Shown: piece by piece, positions 36,510 to 49,558 of the stretch
Layout: every line of letters starts with the position of its first letter
Position numbering within the stretch: position 1 is the first letter of the stretch
From: Phoronis australis
Lineage: Eukaryota; Animalia; Phoronida
DNA: 64,000 nucleotides
Assembly (NCBI GenBank): GCA_002633005.1
Contig: NMRA01000142.1
Coordinates: 62,001-126,000, forward strand
Reading direction: 5' to 3'
The notes under the pieces: model-generated
What the model saw: the letters and a program-made list of their open reading frames with translations, nothing else
What the model was told of the DNA's origin: nothing
The model's database searches: none
Translations under genes and position numbers: made by a program

Positions 36510-36892
36510 AAAACATTTGCACCGCTTAAATCATGCCCAATATCATTAATTGTGGGAGTCACGTGTCTCCCGCGTTTTATAGCTTGGCTCGTTTGAGCCC
36601 CCTCCCCCCTCCCGGTCCCCGGGTGCGCCCATGCAAAGTACTCAGTTAATTTTTTCTTTGCGCTGGTGAATATTTTCTCATCCGTTTTGAGAGTGTCAAA
36701 AATGTCCATCTCGCCAGCGCAATGTAACATCAAAGCCAATTTTCTGGCCTCGTTTTTAATGTCCAATGCCACGACGTAAATTTCAAACCTCGCAATCCAT
36801 TTTGTCCACCGAGAACCTACTGTGTTCCTTTCAAGTTCCGGTTTAAACGGTGCTACAGTTTGTACTGGGTTCATTTCGCCACTCATCGCCAG

Positions 36893-37032
36893 TGTAATGA
36901 TCCAATAATACGTTATTTATATTTAAAACTTGTATTCTTTTACAAACACAGCATGGGCCGCGCCATCTTGGAATCCTCCATCTCCAGAGGTACACATAGG
37001 TGGCAGCACCTTACAGATCGTCCAACATGACA
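36893..37032 (-). repeat. 5' LTR of Gypsy element
   Basis: 140-bp direct repeat of 33343-33482, followed on the minus strand by the PBS. Confidence 0.85.
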
Positions 37033-37362
37033 TATAATAGATTTTTTTTGTTTTACACCCCAATGCTTTCAATATACACGATCTCAGCTACTAATAACCA
37101 TTGTTGTCTCAATTGGCTGGATAGCGAACGAATGGTCAGTACTAATTATTTTTACATGCAACGTAGAGGTCTCATTACGGCGTCATTTGCAATGAAGGGT
37201 GATGCTAGGGATAATAGAGTTGTTGTCAGAAATACCGCAGTAACCAGAGACTGACTGCTCATTATCCATGTCACGACGTTTTCTCTTGATTTATACAGAA
37301 CTATTTATCTGAAAAGCCCCAAAAATTTACGTGCACTGAACAACGACCCGGCTCAGGAAATC

Positions 37363-40300
37363 ATGGTAAGCCTACTCCTTTAATTATGACTCGTCGTCTG
37401 GAGATATGTTTTTTACCTCCTTATGGGTTTAACATGTGTGGATCCAAAAAGTCAAGACCCGTGGTTTATGACGTCGCGATTTCCTGTTTAGCTAGTTAGT
37501 AGTACATCAGTAGATTTTTATGTATCCGTGTCACGTATGAAAGTTTAGTGGAGGAGAAATGTAAGAGACGTGCTTTCAAAAATGAACATTAATTCAAAGC
37601 CTGTCTATTTCAAATAATTTATCATTTGGCTTGATCGCTACTATAGAAAAATGAATAGGTGATAATGCTTATGTTGAACTTTTACATTTCCACAGGCGAG
37701 ATACAATGGTTATTTCCACTCGTATTCGTGTCCTTCCTACCTAATGACGGCCTGATATCTTACCTGTTTGCATGCGTAAAATTTGTTGGCCTTTCAATTG
37801 CGTTATTGATTCATTCTCTCACGTTTTCGATGTTATAAATAACACTTGGAAAGTGTTACGAAATTGCCACTTTTACATATTTTTTACAAAAAAAAATACA
37901 AATTAAGCTTCGAGAAACAAGAATGGGGATATAAGATAGAGTTGGAGACTCTATCTTGAATTTTTAAAAGAAATTTGACTGGTGATCTGTTTGCGCTCCT
38001 CTCTGTTGAGCGCCACGTTTTGGCCATTTTCTGTTTTCGATTAACTAATCTCGGGCATTAATTATTAGACAACGGTGAATATTGACTGCAAACCTTTTCA
38101 CCTTATATATTGTCTAATAATTAAAATTTAAATCAATTTAACAAGTGTTGTTTCGCGGCGAAGTGATTCATGGCAACTCAGCTTGTGGCTGGAAAGTAAA
38201 AATCGAGCACAAGTACTCGTTATTGCAACTCAGTCAAGGAAAGCAGTTTTGAGTTCGAAAACTGCGTTTGTTGTTCGAAAATCAACGAGTACGGATCCTT
38301 TTAGTCACTTTACATTTTAATAGCCAGCTAGGTCGATGTCAATTTGATGCCAACAGACCTAAATATAAGGCACGGCGTCAATAGCCGCGCGAATTGCTGG
38401 GTAGATGCCCCTATATTTGATTCTGGTTTCGCACTAGAGTGATAAAGATAATACACTAACAGATCGAGAAAGATTCTTCTTATAATTTATTGCCAGAGTG
38501 GGCCTTTAATTTGTATTTGCCTTATCCTGGTGATGAGTCAGGTAATGGCTCTTCAGTTCTGAAGGAAGTGCGGCATATCCATTTCAAGTTACAATCATAC
38601 TAAATACTATGCCTTATAAGCACACAAATTGTTTTAACAACGGACAACCAAATTTGAATAAAAAGATCCAACAAAACGTAAATTAAATACAACAAATCAA
38701 AATAACAATATATTTTACCATCAAGTGGTATCAATATGATTTTAAGGACAACATGGCCGCCATCCAGGAATCGTTTCTTAACTGGTGTACAGGAAACTAA
38801 TGTCACACAAATAGAATAACCGGTGATTTTCGGTTTTCGATCCCGGTACAAGATTTTGCTAAAAAGCTTGCAGTTCGATTACAGAAAAGACACACATAGT
38901 AGATTTACTACATATGCTCAACTGTTTGAACTAGAGTAGTCCTATGAGATAAGCTCTTTAATGCCTGCGAATCTTTTTATGCTTTCAGTACGGGTTCATT
39001 CATAGAGCTTTGGCTGATCTTATTGAGCAGAAATTTGGAGCTGACAAATGGAACGATATTTTGTAAGTTGATCATACGTAGTCGTAGTATCGATGTTTAA
39101 TAGATTGTAGGTTATCATACCAGGGTTGGGATCACCATAACTTGAACTGATCAAGCCGGTCACAAAACCAGTCAATGGTATTAAAATGCACCTTTATTCG
39201 GATGTTTAGTGATGACGTGTCATGGCAGTAGATGTCGCAATTCGGACCCGGAAATAAGAATAGATATGCCGTCAAACTGGGTCCAAAAATTATCAGAATG
39301 ACGTTATGCTAAACATGAGTTCTAACGATGATGCGCGATTAAACACCGAAAAGGAGACTGTGTGGTTACTAGTATTAGTTTCAATCTTTAATACATCTTG
39401 TAGCACAAATGCCCGAAAAAAGTCTATGTCGTTGTACAAAAGGTGACAAAGAGTATTCTTCACTGCAGATGCTAAAGAAATCAATCTTTTTGTTGTTCTC
39501 GAGCGCCTACTCGTAGATTGACATTGCATTTACTAGTGTTTGTTTTAATTTAGCGTAGTTCAAAAGGGAAAACGATGAATTTTAAGTGGTATGGTATAAG
39601 CAGCGGCAGAGAATATTCTTCTAAAGTTTGGATACAGGCTGTTTGGTCATGGAGCTTGTAGGAGTTATAATACAGACATATGTATTTTTCAGGCTGTTTA
39701 ATCGCAAAAAACAGTTTACACTGAGGTTGTTCTACCACTAAGACTTAGACTGTTCACGGTTGAATTTGCCTTCGAAAGCGTCAACTACCATGCACGTTGA
39801 CAGGTTGCAACATAGACTAGTACATGGAACGTCAACTCCCTATATTTTCAATGGACAAAATCTGTGATCTAAGCCGTGACGTCACTATTCACTAGCGACA
39901 CCTGGCAAAATTAGCAAGTTTTATTTCCGGCAAGTACGTCGTCTGCTAATTATGGTCGGCTGTTGTGTTGTCGGATGCGAAAAGTACTCACGATACCAAC
40001 AATTTTATTATTGGAAGACTTTGAACAGCGTTTCAATGCCGAAATTATTATTTTTTCGTTATACTGGACAGTAAAATAGATGCGAGAATTCCCTAACAAT
40101 ACAGTAACCGGAAACAGAAATTGGTAATTTAGGAGAGTGACGCCTCCTGTAGGATACTACGCAAGGAAATGTGAGAGTTGCAAATCTGTTGTCTATAATC
40201 TATGGTGTGTAACTATAGAAAAATTCCAAGTTTGACTAACTTTAGGACATCGCATCTCTAAATTGGTTTGTCAGATTCAAATGAAACTTTCAGTTCCTGT

Positions 40301-43300
40301 AATTATATGCGCTGCTGTCCTAAATGATGTTAGGATTTCTTTTTGCTGAGGGGCGGTTAAAAATTGTAACCAAAAGGATTTTTTGTAGAAAATTAGAAAG
40401 TTGCATGAGATGAAAACGAAAGGATAATATACAAAGCTGACCGTCGTTTTTTTTAGATATCATCTTGAACTGAAGTCAATAAAAAATATTTGGAAATGTT
40501 ATTGGGATCATTATTTCGCAATAAATGCACCTTTCTTTTTGATATGTTTTAAGAAATACGTGATCGTGTAATCCACAAATGGAAGATCAGTAAAAGTCAA
40601 AAATACAATTATACACCGTTTTATTTTCAGAAAAGTTAAGTTCTTTGGTTCTTTTAAATATTTAGCTAACTTCACAGACCTGTCGAAGAGGCTCCACATA
40701 ACCTTGACCTTGCCCAACATGCTCACCCAGTTTTTCCTTTAGTGCAGCCCATAATTAAAGTGTGTACATGATGATGTCACGTGTGTTTACAACAAGCTTT
40801 TGTGTGTCTAGGCTGTCGTCAGGTATTGATCTCCATGGAGGAACCTTTCTGTTGCACCGTGTGTACAGCGACAGAGATACATTAAAACTAATTTCCGCTT
40901 CTTCAAGAATTCTGGGTAAGTACGGAGCATGATAAAAACAAGTTTGAAAATTAAAGATGTTATGAGCTGTGTATGGAAACATGTATTTGCTCGAAGTTTT
41001 TTGCACTAATATACCACGTTATTCTCTAATTAGATGAAATACGAATGAATGTTGATTATTTCGTTTAAGGTCTACCTGAAGAGGACGTCTTAGAAGCATT
41101 TGGAGATCATTTTGTAAAGTATTGTAAAGCATCCGGGTATGATCGGCTGCTCAGAGTTTTGGGAAGAAATCTTTTTGAATTCTTGAGCAACCTCGATGCG
41201 CTGCACGATCACCTGGCCACGTCATATCCGGGTATGAGGTCTCCATCCTTTCGCTGCACTATGGGCGATAACAGCGACATCCTTCTGCATTATCACAGTC
41301 AAAGGAAAGGCCTTTACCCAATTGTAGTCGGCATCGTCAAGTACGTAGCCATAGAATTTTTTCAAACTGGCGTCGTTTTGAATGTCTTGAAAAACTACGA
41401 CGACGATCACGTGATCTTTTCAATCAGACCACTGAGTACAAAGGGTAGTCTGACTAACTTCACCAGTTCGACCAACAGGATGAAAGAAATAAGTACGAAT
41501 CCTTTTGATTTGAAAATGGATATCCAGACATTCTGTGACACATTTCCTTTTCACATAGTGTTTGACAAGAAACTGGAAATTGTACACCTGGGGAACACGC
41601 TGCGTCGGATGACCATACAAGGTAGACAGGAACGTTCGTCTACAAGACTGAACGTGCGCGACGTATTCACTATAGTTCGCCCCGTAGTTAAATTCACCTT
41701 CGACAGTTTGGTTAGTTGTACCAACTCAGTGTTCGTGCTATCCTTGATCAAAAGGAACCCGGTAAGATTGAAAGGTCAGATGATACATCTTCGTAAGCAA
41801 CGGATGATTCTTTTCATGGGGTCACCGCGAGCGGCATCAATGCAGGATCTTCAAAAGAGTGGCATCTATCCCAGTGATTTCAAGCTCCACGACACTTCAA
41901 GAGAAATAGTAGAGCTCTATCAAACGCGACCTATTGTTACGAGGTTGATGGAGCAACTGGAAGAATCTTCAAACAATCTCCGACTCTTGCAGCACAACCT
42001 ACGGAAGGAGCAAGAGAAGAATGCCGACCTTCTCAACTCAATATTTCCTCCGTCAATAGTGGTGAAGCTGTGCAGCAACGTTCCTGTCGAGGCGACGGCT
42101 TACGATCCTGCAACCATACTCTTCTGCGATATAGTGGGATTCACGTCCTTGTGTGGAGATGACAAGATTGATCCAATGGATATAGTTCAGTTTCTAAACG
42201 AATTATACTCTAAACTGGACGTCCTTTGTGATGCGAATAATCTATTTAAGGTATGAAAACATCGTTTTTGTTGTTTTTCTGTACCAACTGGTAGTAACTT
42301 AAATTGTCCAGTCACTGCACAGTGTGTCCATCTTCCAACTCTTTTCCTAGAGACGTGAATGCAGTCTAATAAAGCAAGAAAAAAATACACAAACTTACGT
42401 GGTTGCTACAGATAGTGGAATTATCGACGGCAACGTTGTGTTTTTGAGATTACCGGTCCAAGAGAAATACGAGTCCACGACTTCAGCGTTCGTTGTCTGA
42501 CGCTTTGCTATAGTGGAGGCAAAAGTCAACGCGTCAAGTTGTCGATTATTTAAAACCTAAATTAACTTACAGAGTCACGGGCCTCGATTTCAATAATTCG
42601 ACCGAATGAAGGAAACCCTGTCAATGGCGGAATTAGGCGATATCTAATAAAATCACAAAATAACGAATTCTGCTTTCTTATATTTCTGGTCAAAACTAGT
42701 CTATCCTAACAATTACAAATATCCCAAAATACGTTTTTCGATTGTTGGTCTATAAACTGATACTTCCACAATTATCCAATTGTACATGTGACGTCACAAA
42801 ATGTAGAAATGCATTATTTCTTAAATTTCATACTGCATTTCACCCATTACTTTACGCTAATTACAGCATCGCTATGAATTTCTGAAGAGTGGGGGAAATA
42901 TGTGTCGTGATCTTCTTTATTCCCACAAGACAGCAATTTGGACAGCGGGTATTTTTTACTGGAGAAAGTGAATTAGTCGAAATGCATTCGCCTCGACGCT
43001 GGCGATGGTATCTGTGTTCGTCATCTTCATTTTCGTTGTTAAAATCTTTCCATGACAGAGTCACCCCATTCACTCATCACGTATACAAATCGTAGATTCG
43101 CCGATTCGGATTTGTGTAGACCAGTGACAACAAATCAAGCTATGTTTTATTTTAAACGAGTCGGAGTCGCAACATCTCCACGCAATTAATCGTTTTAAAA
43201 ATCTATCAAAGATTTGTCTTCGGGGTATTTATAATCATTAATTTACTTTTAGCGCCGTCCTAAAGAAACATTTATCGTCTTGCGTCCAAAAACGAATTTT

Positions 43301-46300
43301 TGGAATTATTATCCTATGAGAGTTCCCTTGACCGTTACTAGCTTTGACCAGAGGTACGAAGCAATAAAATCAATTGTGTTTATGTGATTTTAATACGAAT
43401 CGCCAAATCTCGCCGATGTCTGCTAGACATTCCCTGAAATACGCTTAAAATACACTGCCAGTAAGACTTAGCTTAGCCACGACACCTGTTGGATGCGACC
43501 GGGAAGATTTCAGACGCGAGTCCGCGACAGAGTTGATCTCGGAAGAAAATTACCTTTCTCGCCGACAATGTCTCTGTAATCGATTTGCATTCACTGTACG
43601 CCCAAACGGTGAACAGTGAGTATCGCGATTTTCTAACTCAATTAATCTTTGTAGAGTTTAGTTTTCTAAGCATTTTAGTTTTAGTAGTATTGTTTCGTTG
43701 CATTACTTTAAAAGGAGAGTTTTATACAACTGGCTCTCATAGTCTTCCGTTAGTCCATGGGCGGCGCAGCACTGAAAAAAGTGGGGGGCTAAAGCCCCCT
43801 AAGTCCCCTGTGGTGCATCGCCTATAAGACCGTGTGTGGCGTAACACTGAACTGAAAAAGTGGGGGCTATAGCCCCCCAGCCCCCTATGGGGCGCCGCCC
43901 ATGTAGTCTTCTATCCTTCCGATGCGAACAAGTTGGACCTTTTGTACACAAAGAGCAAAAACAGTTAGTTTCAGATATTGGCGCAGAATAATCAATATAT
44001 TTATTCCTTTGATTTAACTTTAATTAGCGTTGTCATCCTAATTGCGTATTCTGATTTCTGTGTTAAATCCGCCGTCTTTTTCATACGAAAAACACACACT
44101 GACAGAAAGTAGTCTCAATTTATTCCTTACTAAATTTGAGAGCGATTTCTGGATTATGAAGGTGCAACATTTAGTTCGTTATTGCTTGAGGTCAGGCACA
44201 ACAACACGGCTTTGTCACGGTGGGATGAGCCGAGTATGACCACGAGCTACAACGAAGTAGCAGTTCTTTCCGACTCCAGAAACCAGTTCTCACTAAAGTG
44301 CGGAACGAGTTGAAGCCAGTTTTGTAGCAGCAAATGTCTTTTGCGGGATGCATGTTTACAGAAGCTATAAGGATCGAGTTTTAAGCAAATAAATTTCAAG
44401 TAAGGACTGTTCTGTATCCGTAGGTGGAGACAATCGGTGACGCCTACATGGCAGCTGGAGGAATACCCGATTATGTTCTGGAGCACGCTGATCACGTTGT
44501 CGACATGGCAACTGGCATTAGCGAAATCACCAACTTCGTTAACTTGCCAATTTACGGGAAGCACGTGAGGGTAATTAGCTACATCTGTAATCAACTGTGC
44601 CAAGTTTTTTTTTTCTCATTTGTTATGTGTCATACTAATATTCTGGTTTCTACAAGGGCAAATGTCAAGAGAAAATTGTGCACATTTTAACTTTTTTGTA
44701 TAAAATACTCTTGCTTTATTCCTGATATAAGTTTACAGTGCACTTTGGCAAGGCATCGATATTCAGTGCTATCCATCGCCATTGATACATTGTCATGGTC
44801 GTCATCCTGCAAGTTACGGTCGCCGTGATCATCAAAATTATCCGATTTTCCTCGATGCCATATTTGATATTACTATTACAATAACCATCATCGTCATCGT
44901 TATCATTAAAATTCTTATCGCTATCATTTTTGCTACCCTCATTATCATTATTATAAATAGTAAAGTCACTGTTATTTTTTATATCATTATGAAACTTAAC
45001 ATTACAATTATATGATCATTATTGCTGTAGCTGTTACCTGTCACTGAGATTGGCGAATGTTCCGGACGGAAAATAGCGTGTAAACATGGTAAACTAACAA
45101 AAAGTGAAAAGACGTTTAAAAGCTGGGATATGTTTGCCTAAAAATCATCTCTAAGCTGAGGTAGAGCAAAGAGGGAGGGGGGAGAGCTCAGCGATAATAT
45201 CCAAAGGACAGACGTTCGCGACGGCCCCAAAAGACTTCGCTTCTTATCATAACCGGAAAGAGGCCCTCTGGGCCACCTCAAATTCGCCAATGAATGCTGC
45301 CTTGCCCTTCTAAGCGAGATTTTACGTTATCCTTATTTTACTTTCGCAACAATTTGCGCGCCTTCCATGTTTAATTCAGTAGAAATATTTCTAGATGAGA
45401 ATTGGTGTACACTCTGGCCCTTGTATAGCCGGGATGGTAGGGAAAACCATGCTGCGTTACTGCTTATTCGGCAATTCAGTCAACGTGGCAAACGACCTGG
45501 AGAAGTTTTGTGAACCCGGAAGAGTCAACATCAGTTCATCGACGAGGAGGTACGAATGGAAACTATTTGGCTCATAGCGCGGGAAATTTCATTGATATCC
45601 AATAGGTGGTTCTTGCTCTCGAAACGGCAGAATGCTAACAATCACCATGAGGAGTTTGTGAGGTGACGGTCATTATTTATGCCTGTGGTTCATAAGGAAA
45701 AACGTAGTTTTGCCTTTCGTGGAAAACGAACGGTTCCATGCGACAACAAGTTTTTTCGCAAATTTAGAATGTTGAATTCGAGATTGAAAGAAGTCTGTAT
45801 TAGCAACGAAAAATCTGCCATCATTTCTAGTACATCTTTTTCTCCTAGATATCTCACAGACGTGTCTAAGTACCAGTTTGTCGAAAACCTGGATGGACCT
45901 CAGTACTTGGAAAGTTGTTACTACGTTGAGCTGCTTCCAAAATTTCGTCGACGACTTTTGAACCAGTTGGATAGTCTGGGGCTGATGGAGGACGCACTCA
46001 GTGGCACTATGCTGCTTACGTCATTACCCTACAGCTCTGTAAGTCGCAGCTGTAACCTGTGTAGTTCAAGATTTTTTTCATACTTTCCCAAAATGTTCGT
46101 GTCTCAACCAGATCACAACTGTATTTCGGCAAAACTGCATTTCTTTCTCCGCACAACGTATAGGCCTACTCATAGATGACAGGTAATGTGCACCACTATA
46201 AATAGCCAAACGGTTCCTAACTAAATTGCCCGTTTGCTTGCTTAAGCAAAATTTCCACAAGAAACTACACGGTGAATAAACAAATTTAAGCCAACCGTCC

Positions 46301-47090
46301 CATAATTCCGTGATTGTCGATGGCTGTAGTACGTCATAAGTATGCCATCTACACATCCGTTGCTTGACTGTCCATTTCCGTATTCGTGAAAATCTTTAAT
46401 TCCCGAGTGCATCCTTGGAGTGATCATCGATCCCTACACGTGGAACCCCATGCAGAACCGTTTGGCTCCAATAAAGACCATAAGTCGCAAGTAATTGCCT
46501 TTTACAAGTGATTTTCACTGGCCAACGCTATGATTAATTACGCTTTGGAAATTACCTCCAAGTTCTCGCTGCAGGCTTCTCAGTTATCCGAAATTATCAC
46601 CAGCCAGCTCAGTCTCTGTGCTCAGGCGTGCACTGCTTCGGAGTCTGCCCCACTCTCCCCAACACGGACCACGCAACAAACTGTAGCCAGGAAGGTAAGC
46701 GAAGAAAAAGGTGTGAAAGAAGTGTCGGCGATGGAAAGAAGACGCAAAGTGTCCTATAGGATGCCGCCAAAACCACGCATACTCTACAGAGAAAAGACGG
46801 GTGAATGCAGAGCTGCTCAGGCCTTAGAGGAACGAGTTTGTAGTAGAGAGCGAAAGGTGGGCTTACAGCTGAAGTCTGGGGACTTAATGAACACTTTGAC
46901 TTCTACTAAATTCGATGAAGTTTCGCACGTGGAAGTTGAAGCGTCATATGAGGAAGCGGCAAGGCAATCATTGTCTCCAGAATCAGAAAAAGAGGAAGAC
47001 GATTGCTCGTCAAATGCTTTTCACCCAGAGACTCAAGTGTCTTCCGACTGTGTCATTCCCATTTTCAGTTGGAATTTTAAAACGGGATGA
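37363..47090 (+). CDS. Soluble guanylate cyclase subunit (H-NOX + PAS/HNOBA + coiled coil + class III cyclase), ~789 aa, 8 exons
   Basis: Exons 37363-37365 (ATG), 38989-39062, 40812-40915, 41070-42250, 44424-44570, 45395-45549, 45849-46038, 46575-47090 join in frame at GT-AG sites: MYGFIHRAL..., [60 protein letters not shown]|[23 protein letters not shown]. The last two exons are less certain. Confidence 0.92.
39811..40204. mobile_element. MITE with CATAGA termini, copy 2 (guanylate cyclase intron 2)
   Basis: Colinear homolog of 3935-4341; catagacta...taatctatg ends. Confidence 0.75.
43756..43903. mobile_element. Short dimeric MITE with 5-bp TSD (hAT5-like)
   Basis: Perfect 12-bp TIR catgggcggcgc/gcgccgcccatg, flanked by tagtc/tagtc; two internal units actgaaaaa(a)gtggggg(g)cta.agccccc. 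Confidence 0.75.
44780..45030. repeat. Degenerate (ATC/ATT)n low-complexity tract
   Basis: Decayed trinucleotide repeats atc/att/gtc in a guanylate cyclase intron. Confidence 0.6.
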
Positions 47091-49558
47091 AGTCAACACC
47101 TTAACTTACCCTTTAAGACTTTTCTGAAGCAGTGTGCGTGTGCAAAGGGATTTTTGAAATGAATGAAACAGCTAGTTTATCCCGAAATTTTGATGAAACA
47201 CTTGTAAGCGTATGTGAAGTCAGGAAAAAACAATATAAATTGGATATTGGAATTTTAACTTGTTTTCTATTTGAATAAGGCTATCGAGGTTTGCATTTCG
47301 GATTGAGTGTAAACTGAAAGATGCCATGCAGCGTCTGATTGTCGGTGACAGCTTCAGCGCAACTGGCCTCACTCGATAAGCACACTTCCAAGTTTTAGCT
47401 GTTCAACTCGTAAACTTAACAATTCACCACTGAGCCTTTGTGACAAATTTATCGACCATTTGAGCTTTCCTTGCTCCTTTAGGAAATAGAATCCTAACAA
47501 GGTAAAAAAGATTAAGAGACTGATTTGATGAGATAAATTTGATTTTCGAACCCGAACAGAGCGCAATATAGCTGTAAGGATACGAATGACGTCATTCAAA
47601 GAACGCTGCTACATACAATGGTTTGAAATGATGCAAAATCAAAAGCACGCCTACAGTCCGTACATTTGTTAAAAAAGACTATTTTACGGGAATAGGCCTT
47701 TCCTCAGAGTGGAATGAGGTAAAATACAGACGGCCGAGAATCATATAATGTAACAGTGGGTAAAAATAGATCAATGACTGAAAGACCTCCCGCGAACATG
47801 AATAGACCCGGGCAGAGCTTAGTAGCGCCAGAACCTCGATAAAAAGCGAGAATTCGCGAGATTACTGAGACATTGCTGTGTGTTATAAACGAGAACACGT
47901 GATTTTGGCAAGATTTTAGAGAGATCCTGCGTAGGTCCTAGCGTTAATGAATGCTAACCCGAGACGTCTGTAACACTAAATCTAACGCGAGACGGAGAGC
48001 TTACGTGTCGGTAATTATGGGAAAATAAAATGTAGAACACATACATTTAGAGCTTGAAAAGAAAAATAAATACAACAACAGAAAAGAGATAAGATATCCA
48101 ATAAAGAAATCCAACGTGGAAAAGAAAACACGAGTAAAGGCAAAATATTGATGTATATGAACTAAAAAAGCTATGTGTGACAAAAGACAGATGCAAGGTA
48201 CGGTGTGACATGAAACGATGTTCCTATTGAGACAGCTGGCGTGCAGTTTCGGTCTCAAACTTACTGCGGAGAATGGTACCGCTGAGACCATCCCTAAATA
48301 CCAGAACACTGAGGTCTCAAGGCTTTGGTAACCGGTACTGAAACCGATGGCCATCAGGAAGCGACACATTACTAGGAACACAATAGACTGTATGCAATGA
48401 GCCCTCTACGTAAGTAAGTAAGTACCAGGCTGTACAGCAATGCAGAGATGACGTCTCTCCAAGATGCCACTCTCACAGTCCAAGCATAACCTTCCTCTCG
48501 ACGCACTTACAGTCCAGTATGTGATCGTAGGCCAACTCCGTGGAGAACGTATCTTTAAGCCTATGCGGGAAATATCAAGCAACTTGCGGACATTTGGGTA
48601 TTGTCTCGTGCTTGCCCAGTGCTAGAGAAGCGCGTTTCCCGGCCGGGAATGTCTTCAGAGGCTTCTCAGTTTATCGTAAGATGTTGCACGTGTGCAGTCT
48701 ACAGCGACAGACAGGCTCTGGAACAACTATGAGGGGCGTTCTCGACCGTCCATTAAGCACCATTGCTACATATCTGTTCTCAATCAGTGGTACACTGAGA
48801 TTTCGAGTTTAGCTAACTAAAAACGACGAAATATAGGCACCAGGCGCGCGTTCAATTTATTCTTCATGTACCTAGAACAATCGAATTTTGTACCCCGTTC
48901 AAAGTGGCAAAGAAGTTGAAAAAATAGACTAAATTGCATTTTTTAAAGTTCTTCTCTAACACTGAAACAGACGTCCAATTGTTCACTAGGTATTTTTACT
49001 ATTTGTTCGTAAATATTTTGCATTTTTGTCGATGCCGAAGCATTTTCCTTTTGTTTCAAATTTCACCTTTTTAAATCCGTTAGTAAGAAGCCCTGTACAT
49101 AAAATATACTTTAATCCCCTAGAAATGAACAATGTACACAGTCATAAAAATCGAGTCACGTAAGTCTCATCGACATGTACGAAATTCCTATTCAGTAACG
49201 GTGCCTTCCAAGAGCAATACTGTTCTTTGTCATTGTATATCATTGGGGATATTGTCTTAGTGTAGTTAACAAATACTGATCTTCAAGTTCTTCAAACAAC
49301 TAGACCCTTCAGATAGTAGTCAATGCTGTCGTTGTTTCAGTTTAGTCTCTATATTCACAAGTATTCTGGATGTTGCTGTGCTTCGCATGAACATTTTTGT
49401 GGTTTTCTCGACCAATTTGAAATTTAATCTACTCCTGCGGGACTTATCGGAGGGCAAAGGGACAATTTCTGGGACCGCCCTTTCAGCAGAGGACCCCATC
49501 TGAAAGTTGGTCACTTAAAATGAAAGGTAATATCATACAAAAACTGCAAACTGGTTAC

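Larger units (their letters stand above)
33343..37032 (-). mobile_element. Degenerate, internally deleted Ty3/Gypsy (Mag-like) LTR retrotransposon
   Basis: Two diverged 140-bp TG...CA LTRs (33343-33482, 36893-37032); PBS TGGCGATGAG just inside the 5' LTR; PPT GAGGAAAGGGG next to the 3' LTR; gag start (RWTKWIARFE..KLALMLHCAGE), RT (TPTINDI..LSGANVF/SKFHLKAGYHQL), RNase H (EQRYSQTKREAL, FTVYTNHQAL, RVQRWGLRL, ADYLSRHP) and integrase remnants, with many frameshifts. Confidence 0.92.

Noticed and set aside
44782-45015. Ile-rich hydrophobic ORF
   Set aside because: Translation of an ATC/ATT low-complexity intronic tract.
47052-47090. C-terminal CAAX prenylation signal on the guanylate cyclase
   Set aside because: The predicted protein ends ...[13 protein letters not shown], so the Cys is not four residues from the end.
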